A DNA stretch of 64,000 bases, from contig OX597816.1 of NCBI GenBank assembly GCA_951406725.2, positions 92,876,001-92,940,000 on the forward strand. The letters run 5' to 3'. Within the stretch, counting starts at the first letter, position 1, and every line of letters begins with the position of its first letter. This stretch comes from Octopus vulgaris (lineage: Eukaryota). The position numbers and the translations under genes were made by a program. Positions 55,740 through 64,000 of this stretch are shown one piece after another. A model generated the notes under the pieces. That model did not search any database and was not told the origin of the DNA. It saw only the letters and a program-made list of their open reading frames with translations.

Positions 55740-57966
55740 GCTCCTTCATTGGAATTTCAACATCAACAACAGGGTGTTTTTTGTATGTATGTATGTATGT
55801 ATGTATGTATGTATGTATGTATGTATGTATGTATGTATGTATGTATGTGTGTAAACGGGCTAACTTGATGATGTGTGTGTGCGCGAGAATAATGTAAAAA
55901 TAATCATTGAAGAACTTACACGTAGGTGAATGAGTAATGCATAGAAATGTTTCTCTAAAAAATTCGCTGAACGATTGATGTAACACTTTTCTGAAGTTTA
56001 GTAGTCTATAAAAAAAAGTCAAATATGATAAATGACATCATAATAGAAAAGAAAGGACGTCAGAGAAAAAGAGAATGTAGAGGAGAAATCGGTGGAAAGA
56101 AACTGGTGCATATAGGAAGAATCGATGTAAGAGTTATGACGTCAAAAGCCTATACAAATTTGTCCGCAATATACTTTTATGACATGACCCGTCACAATTT
56201 GCGTTTATGACCGATTGGATGTGATGAATAAATAGATGGAAAATAGAATAACCACACAGAGCTTTGAGAGAGCGGTATTCAATATCACTGGTATATGTTG
56301 CTTGATGCTTGTGATATCTGTAAGTGATAGAATAATGATTTTTCTTAGTTTTCCAATTTAATAACTGCTTTACAATGGTCTGTGGAAATATTTGATTTGT
56401 GGACAGTATTGATCTATGGTCAATATACTTTATTTCCATGCATGGACAGTGTAGAGTCAGAATTAAGCTCCCTGCGAACTAAGATTGCGTTGCAATTTCT
56501 CTTACATCATTAAAGCGCTTTAAAAGATTTATATCAAAACATTCCGACTGCAATTTTATTGCTTGTAAAATTAAGAATGTTTCAGATTTCAACGTCTCGG
56601 TTCCGATCTGTGTTCTATAATCTTATTTTGTTTCCAACAGTTTGTTCCAACTCATTCAAATGTGACTTTTTCCACTCAAAAACAATAAACATGTAACTAC
56701 TCCATTTCAACACTTTATCTTTATTACATGCGTTATTTTAACTGATCAGGAACTGCCATTATTTGATGGTTCCACGGTAAGATGAATGCATTTCGGCAGC
56801 TCTGCGGCTCAGCAGCATTTTAGATTTTACTGATCACCTGGCTCAACCATGTGGACATAGTAGAAAACTTGTAAGAAATATTATCTAAGTCAAGGTTTTT
56901 TTCGTACCAGTATTTTTACTGACATTCGGTTTTCAGCAATCTGTCTTTTAGAAAGGTCCGTGAGGTTTCGCATCGAAATAAAGATTGTCATCAAGTTGGC
57001 TAACTTCACATCGGACTACCTGATAGAAAAATAATTCTCTCCTTTTCTCTGAAACTCACTAATCTGTTTAACAACCATGTTCTCACTCATGGAACATAGC
57101 ACCTGATAGAGACTGAAATGAATACAGTCTCACGAAAACAGGCATATATTCACATACATACGGAATGAGAAACAGGCATATACTCACATATACACGGAAT
57201 GAGAACTATGTTCTTACTCAAACGTCAAATCATCGACTAGAGACAGCAAAGAACACGCTCCTTGACATATATAAAAGAAGATGCTCTACATACACAGATA
57301 TGTATCGTGTCTGTCACTCACACACTATGTAAAAGACATTCTCGTACACAGACAACATAAAAAATCATTTTGATTCTTATCATATGCCTAAAATGTTGTC
57401 AACACACAAAAACAAAACGCAGAAATAATTTGGGTTGGGTTTGTATCACAAATTTGAAATGGTGTCTGTTTCATGTCCATTCTTTCATGAACAGTAGCAG
57501 TACTGATCTCAGTATAGTATTGAGGACGGTGTATGTCGACATAATTTAAGCGAACTTTTCACCATTTCATTCACTGCAGTCATTTTATCTTGTATGGTTT
57601 CCGTCATGATTTTAATCTTCATTAAGTATTTATTACAATTAAAGATGTTCAAAATTATGTTGCCTTATACTCAAGAGTATTCTGTATTCTTCTTACCGTT
57701 ACAAACAAACAATATTATGGAGGTCAGAGCATCTGAAGTGGAGACTGAAATAGGTTACCATGTTACTGAATAGAAGCACTTTAAAAGGAAAACAGATTCC
57801 TTAAGCTAAGATTTAGAGCAAAAGTGATATCCTGAAAATCTCTTACTGAGTTCTGTATATGAAACTATGCAGTGCAACTATCTAGTGGCACACATATATA
57901 TTCACAAGTATTCGTACGTACATACATACATACATATTGTTTGTGTGTATATATATATATATAATA

Positions 57967-58212
57967 TTAAATTAGAGATAAAACCACTATTAGGCAAATC
58001 ATACAATGAAAAACTTAAGCCAATACATAAGATTAATTAATTTTATTATTTTAGATATATATCAAAATTATTAAAAAACGATAATTGATATTAATTATCT
58101 TTTTTTAATGATTTTGATATATATTTAAAATAATATAAATTAATTAATCTTATGTATTGGCTTAAGTTTTTCATTGTATGATTTGCCTAATAGTGGTTTT
58201 ATCTCTAATTTA
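57967..58212. repeat. Near-perfect 246-bp palindrome (123-bp arms, no spacer)
   Basis: ttaaattagagataaaaccactattaggcaaatcatac... mirrors ...gtatgatttgcctaatagtggttttatctctaatttaa, centred at 58089/58090. Confidence 0.92.
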
Positions 58213-58489
58213 ACATAATATAATATTTTACTATAAAATTGGATTCAATCCTAAATCTGATTTTTCCCTGTAAGTTTGGATTTATTCCCTAATATTTTAT
58301 TATTATATATATATATATGCATCTATCTACCTATCACTCTCTCTGTCTCTCTCTCCCCCTCTCTCTGTATACATAAATATATATTCTATTGTGTCTGGGG
58401 AGAGTCATTTTCTTTTTGTACCTTATAATTTAACATACTCACCGGTAAAATTTCCACTTATTTAAAGTAAGAAATAAGTGGGAATTTTA

Positions 58490-58574
58490 CATTGGTTGTC
58501 AAGCGGTGGTGGAGGAACAAAAACAGACACAAATACGCCCACATGTTCCCAATACACACACACACACACATGTG

Positions 58575-58609
<35 letters not shown>

Positions 58610-58762
58610 GTATGTACGTACGTATATACACAACGGATTCATTCGGTTTCCGCCAACCACATCCACTTCCAAGGCTTTGGTTGACCCGAGGCTGAAGTAG
58701 AAGGCACTTGCATAAGGCGCTACACAGTGGAACTGAATCCTGTGGTTGGGAAGCTAGCTTCT
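58490..58762 (-). mobile_element. CORE-like SINE fragment
   Basis: ggttgtcaagcggtgg...ttcggtttccg...aaggctttggttgacccgaggct...gtggttgggaagc. Confidence 0.7.
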
Positions 58763-58787
58763 TGTAGAAATTGCCTGCTATAGGTAG

Positions 58788-58829
58788 TGTAGTGATCCTA
58801 TACGCGCGCTGTTGTATAGGATCACTACA
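58788..58829. mobile_element. 42-bp palindromic mini-insertion, TGT...ACA ends, 4-bp TSD GTAG
   Basis: tgtagtgatcctatac-gcgcgctgtt-gtataggatcactaca; absent from the sister repeat at 59271. Confidence 0.8.
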
Positions 58830-59110
58830 GTAGTTTCTCTTTGTGTTTAAATGTACAGTATTTTATATTGAATAATATGTCGTCTATTGACTTTTTATAC
58901 ATGCTAGGCCACTGGTAGGGAAATTTATAAAAAATTACTACCCTATATAGATATCTAAGTATCAATATTAGCTTTCAAAGTTCATTTCGGAATTTTTCAT
59001 TTTCTGCCGACTGAAACTGCGCTTGTATGGTGGATTTTGAAAAGATCATAATAGATAAAGATGAGACACGTGCTATTGGTCTCATAATTATAGGTTAGTC
59101 TTGGATGGCT

Positions 59111-59184
59111 CGGTTACTGAAGAGAATTTGCCTAGTAAATTATCTTATTTACTAAAAAAATTCCGAAACCTATAGGTATAACCG
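59111..59184 (+). ncRNA. Type I hammerhead ribozyme (intact core)
   Basis: Stem I cggtta/taaccg; CTGAAGA; long stem II gaattt..tagtaaat/atttacta..aaattc; c-GAAA; palindromic stem III acctataggt; GUA site after 59178. Confidence 0.85.
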
Positions 59185-59338
59185 TAAAAACAAGGTAAAG
59201 GTTTTTATTTTTTCATTCTCTTTGATTAAATTTTTTGTGGTTTTCAGTCGTTTTGACTGTCTCCTAGCGTGTAGAAATTGCCTGTTATAGATAATTTCTC
59301 TTTATGTTTAAATGTACACTATTTTATATTTACTACCA

Positions 59339-59374
<36 letters not shown>

Positions 59375-59509
59375 TGTATGTATGTATGTATGTATGTATG
59401 TATGTATGTATGTATGTATGTATATCACTGTTTCGGCCAGATAAGCGTATGTGTCGCTACTGTTAGCCACAGCGCGCTTCTTTGCATTGTTTTTGCTTTC
59501 GAATGATAC

Positions 59510-59670
59510 TCTCCTACTTGGCTAGGTAGGCAGGCCAACACACCCATTGAGAACTGAAAGGGCTGGAGCAACATGAAATAAAATGTTTTGCACAAGGACA
59601 CAATGCACCACCGGTCTGGGAATCGAAACCACGATCTTGCGATCGCGAGTACACACTCAGCCATGCGCTT
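59510..59670 (-). mobile_element. tRNA-derived SINE fragment
   Basis: Minus head gaaagcgcatggctgagtgtgtactcgcgatcgcaagatcgtggtttcgattcccagaccgg. Confidence 0.7.
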
Positions 59671-60805
59671 TCATATACGTACACATATATGTAATTATAC
59701 ATATATACGTGTGTATCTATATGTTTGCACGTATATGTCGATACGTAAAAATATACATGTACACATGCACAGTTACATACACAAAGCACACATACACACA
59801 CGCATAATACATACACATATCTGTATGTGTATGTATGTATGTATATATATATATATATATATATATGCTTGCAGTGTCAGGCATCGCAAGGGTACGTTTT
59901 CACAATTCCGTAATTGAAAGAATCACCATCAAACAGAGGAAGATAATAGCATTCATCTCTGTCATTACTTATTTATGTACATGCGATTTGACCTGGATAT
60001 CTACTTCTATTCTATAAAAAGCATTCAATCTCAAAAGAAAAAAAGGAAACATGTTGAAAGCCTCTCAATGAATGCCAGTTTCGTCATATTTTTGTTGGAA
60101 AAGGAGAACTGTAAATACCTTTGGGAGAGATACGAGAAACGGTCAAGTAATAGCGTTATACTTTACTAAGTCAAAAACTTTGCGGCCATGAACACTTTTA
60201 GCTTGCAAGAAATCAATATTCCTTAATGCATTTTCAATACCAATACCTGTATTAACATTAGGAACACTTGATTTGTAATCGAAGACCATTTATTGTTTAG
60301 ATAAAAAGGAAAGAAACTCAGATAATCATCATTTTTCATATTTGATGGAATATCGATGGTCACAATCTAAATAGAAAGCAATAGAAGTGACCTGGATTCA
60401 AATCAGATAGCTTTCCGATGTTGCGTAGTGTCACACAGAAAGAATACAAAGAGAAATAAATACGTCAAATACATAGCTGTTAATCAAAAATATATCAACA
60501 TACGAACTCCTCTAGAAATATTCAATATTTTATGAGCTTTGCGTTAACCGAAAACTGTTAAACGAGCCAATTTCAGTAGTATTCTGGGTAAGAAATGTTT
60601 CTAACTGTGTAATTATTACATAAATTCGGTTAATGCCATCAACAAAAGGATTAATTCATCTAAGATGAACATATATCATATCACTTCATGCATTAACATC
60701 CTTTACTCGAATATGATTTTTACTGGAACAATTACATATATAGCGCATCTGAACTTCGAACACACAGATACACATATACATATGCATACATTCATATATA
60801 TATAT

Positions 60806-61007
60806 GTGACCGCGTGTGTACCGTTGGCGATTTTTTCTTCCGTTTTCCCTTCCTTGGATCTTTCCTTTTCCTATGTTTCTGACGAAGAGCTCCGCTCGAA
60901 ACGTTAAATCCTCCTTCTTTCTTTCCTTTCCTGAGCGTCCAATAACACTATACTTGTTCCACGTCCTCGCGTTGTTGCGATTTCTCTTTGTGTTTTCATG
61001 TTTGGAT

Positions 61008-61011
<4 letters not shown>
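60806..61011 (+). mobile_element. HHR-bearing short element, family A (full length, intact core)
   Basis: 206 bp between (TA)n tracts; three other copies lie in this window. Confidence 0.85.
60875..60909 (+). ncRNA. Minimal type I hammerhead ribozyme
   Basis: gttt-CTGACGA-a-gagc-tcc-gctc-GAAA-cg-TT-aaat, with palindromic AACGTT in place of stem III (dimer-type HHR). Confidence 0.7.
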
Positions 61012-61070
<59 letters not shown>

Positions 61071-61278
61071 CAGTTTTTCGGGATTAATAGATATGCGGGT
61101 ATTCTATTTCAGATAATACAAAAAATACCCTGAGTATATCTGAAAGTAAACTCATGGTATCCATTTGCACATCACAAAATAATACTTTAAAGGATATAAC
61201 CAGTATATCAGCAGGGTATAAAATATACTTCCTCAATTATCTCCTACTTAAGTTAACACTTAAATTTATTAATTATGA

Positions 61279-61317
61279 CAGAACTACACGTGTTTCAGTA
61301 TTGGAAGATTACAATAC
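61279..61317 (-). ncRNA. 3' half of a hammerhead (CUGANGA strand lost to the (TG)n tract)
   Basis: Minus strand: gtattg-taatcttc-caatac-t-GAAA-cacgtg-TA-gttctg; stem III acacgtgt is palindromic. Confidence 0.5.
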
Positions 61318-61334
61318 ACACACACACACACTCA

Positions 61335-61384
<50 letters not shown>

Positions 61385-61398
61385 CATACATACATACA

Positions 61399-61432
<34 letters not shown>

Positions 61433-61835
61433 AATATATGTATGCAATCATCAGATTTACAATTATTCCAATACATCTTCAGGTTCTTTTTCAAAGTATA
61501 GTATTGTTAATCTAATTTTACATCCCTTTAAAAAATAAGCGTTAAATTAAGCAATAAATTAAGGATTAAAAATTGAAAGTTAAAAATAAAAATTATACTT
61601 TGTAATATTAAGAATTAAAACCTATAAATTATACATAATAAATATGAATTAGTATATATATCAACCTTATAAAATCAAGTATGTAATGTCAAATACAAAC
61701 TATAAGATATAAAATTATACATCAGAATTAAAATGTCTGTGTTTAAATGTGAAATGTAACAAGAAAAATGCAAATACATATATTCCTTTTTGTTGGAACC
61801 AAGATTTCTTTTCAAAATGGCGATTAGATACATAC

Positions 61836-62296
61836 ACACAAAATTAATATAAACATCAGGTTGCAATGTTTCACTAAACAGGAGAATTATAACTGTCACT
61901 AAATGTGGCTAGGGTGTTAGAAAAACCCACCTACATTTCTAGAAATAAGAGCTGAAATGCTCCAATGCTGTTGTTAACGCACATGAATGAAAACATATAC
62001 ACTAACAGGGACCGTAATTGTCCGAAAAATGCCAACCGAGAATTCTTCAGACTGACACATCTGTTTCGGCAATTTCCTTTACCATCATCAGTAAAGCCAG
62101 CTCGGTGTTCGGCTGTTTCCGGACCTGCTTCTCTATTAGTATATATGTCTTCGTTATCCAACTTAATAGATGATTTAGTGATTTGCTAATATGTATACAC
62201 AAAATTAATATAAATAGCAGGCTGCAATGTTTCACCAAAAAGGAGAATTATAAGTGTCACTAAATGTGACTAAGGTGTTAAAAAGCACCTACATTG
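61836..62296 (-). mobile_element. Direct-repeat-bounded short element (361-bp period) carrying a hammerhead ribozyme
   Basis: A ~100-bp repeat acacaaaattaatataaa...cacctacatt at about 61836 and 62197, adjacent to (CA)n. Confidence 0.75.
62050..62098 (-). ncRNA. Type I hammerhead ribozyme (intact core, weak stem I)
   Basis: Minus strand: ggcttta-CTGATGA-t-ggtaa-aggaaa-ttgcc-GAAA-ca-gatg-tg-TC-agtc; GUC site at 62054. Confidence 0.7.
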
Positions 62297-62579
62297 CTAC
62301 ACACACACGCACATATATACATACATATGTGTGCGTGTGTGTATGTGTGTGCACGCGCGCGTGTTTGTAAACTGGTGTTTAAAGTATCATGTACTTCTTG
62401 GAAAGTTGGATAAAATGTCAGTGAAGGAGAACAGCAAAATGAGACCCACACAGAACGTCATTAATTGCCATGTTGACCCTTAGTGTTACACATTACTGAC
62501 CAACAACTAAAAGGAAATGTATCAAGAAAACCAGTGTTAATGTTAGTGCGATAAAACTATTTTTACTTTATTTTTTTAT

Positions 62580-62963
62580 ATTCTTTTGCTTGTTTTAATC
62601 ATTTGGCTGCGGCCTTGCTGGAGCATAGCCTTGAAGGGTTTTAGCTGAACAAATCGACCCAAGGACTTTTTTAAGCGTGGTGCTTATTCTTTCTGTCTCT
62701 CTTGACGAACCGCAAAGTTACAAAGACGTAAACACACCAACACCGGTTGTCAAGCAGTGATGGGGGACAAACACACACACATACACACACACATACACAC
62801 ACATATACGACGCGCTTCTTTCAGTTTCCGTCTACCAAATACACTTCCAAGGCTTTGGTCCGCCCGAGGCTGTAGTAGAAGACACTTGTGCAAGGTGCTA
62901 CGCAATGAGATTGAACCCGGAAGCATGTGGCTCGAAGCAAGCTTCTTACCACACAGCCACGCA
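62580..62963 (-). mobile_element. CORE-like SINE with CpGs retained
   Basis: Reverse match to 26391-26805. Confidence 0.85.
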
Positions 62964-64000
62964 TGTTTTGATAAAAAGGAGGATATTTCTTTTACGCGTT
63001 AAGCATAATTTCAAGATTTTACTAAAATATAAATTTATATAAGTAGGTTCTGCTGTTATATCGGTTTGGAACATTAGAAAAAAAGCGTTTTCTTGGTTTT
63101 TATAACCAGACCTTGCATATTGCCTCTTAGAAACAAATGGATTATTTCACTTTGTGAAGGAACGAGTGATAATACCAATGAATAGGGTTGAGAGATATGT
63201 TCAATTTCAGACAGTGTTTACTTTTAACTCTGTATGTCTTACTAAAATATTAATCAATCAGACATTCAAAATCGCCTGAATTATACCTAATTTAACGCCT
63301 CCAGAAACATTCAAAGTAATACTTTCAATATCAAAAGAACTGTTTACTAAGTATTCTCCAGAAAAATATAATTTAGGCTCATTAATTATAATTAATTATT
63401 AATTTTCGTTTTATCTCCAAGTAAAAAGTAGAAAGGTCAAGGCATCCAAATTAAATCACAACCGATGATCATATTGCAGGGGAACATTACGCTCAAAATA
63501 TTCAGAATTTTTCTGGATACCCTTCATTGTTTAAGTCGTCAAGATAATAATATTCGAGGCATTAAACTAAAACTTTTTGCATTTCATTTAACAGTTTAAA
63601 GAGTCTCCTTTATTCCATTCATGATGGAGACAACGTAGGGTATAGGAATTTAGAATGGTTTGCCATGTCATGGACATATTGAACTCTCTAGTGTATATTC
63701 CATGATAAAATGCAATCAGGGCATTCTGCAATGTGATTTGGAGCTCATGAGATAGACGTGGCCTCTAAGTCGTTTAAGAGGACAGTATTTTCTTAACAAA
63801 AAACCGATTGGGACTGTGACAACCTGTCCAGTCCATGCCACCATGGAAAGCAGATCTAATGTGATGATGATAAAAATGGATGATTTTGCGAACGAAAGCC
63901 TTCGATTGTGGCTAATGAGTGAGATTAAACATATCTTGAGTCCGAATACTTGGTTCGTGAAAGTACGTATTCTTCAGTCAATTGTCATTCCTATATATTT

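Larger units (their letters stand above)
58764..59333 (+). mobile_element. Direct-repeat-bounded short element (unit ~461 bp) carrying a hammerhead ribozyme
   Basis: gtagaaattgcctg...ttctcttt.tgtttaaatgtaca.tattttatatt occurs at 58764 and 59271; (TATG)n follows. Confidence 0.8.

Noticed and set aside
54893-55776. caccttgttg / caacagggtg as TIRs of a DNA transposon
   Set aside because: The GCTC target duplication at 54797-54800 and 55740-55743 defines better boundaries, so the short inverted match is probably chance.

Overview
AT-rich, microsatellite-laden eukaryotic DNA. The repeat repertoire (tRNA-headed SINEs with internal (TA)/(TG) tracts, RTE LINE tails ending in (GAT)n) suggests a cephalopod, probably Octopus; this is an inference. 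No intact host protein-coding gene can be supported, and most ORF-track entries are microsatellite or antisense-repeat artefacts. The window is a graveyard of mobile elements: three RTE LINE families, an R4/Dong-like fragment, two Penelope-like elements (PLEs), a full-length Tc1 with 224-bp IR-DR ends, two mariner relics, a Sailor/DD82E-like transposase, several MITEs, a 939-bp solo LTR and more than 20 SINE copies. The most notable unannotated signal is a set of short non-coding elements from several unrelated families that carry minimal type I hammerhead ribozymes (HHRs). Cores are intact at 59111, 60875 and 62050, and decayed or partial at 14796, 17508, 28474, 30308, 37251 and 61279. They sit mostly in or beside (TA)/(TG) microsatellites. 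Two lie within direct-repeat-bounded units of about 360 and 460 bp, and one truncated copy begins at the predicted self-cleavage site. Together they look like a retrozyme/pLTR-type non-autonomous system probably mobilised by PLEs. CpG retention also appears to rise from about 52.8 kb, suggesting a methylation-domain boundary. Coordinates of degenerate repeats are approximate.
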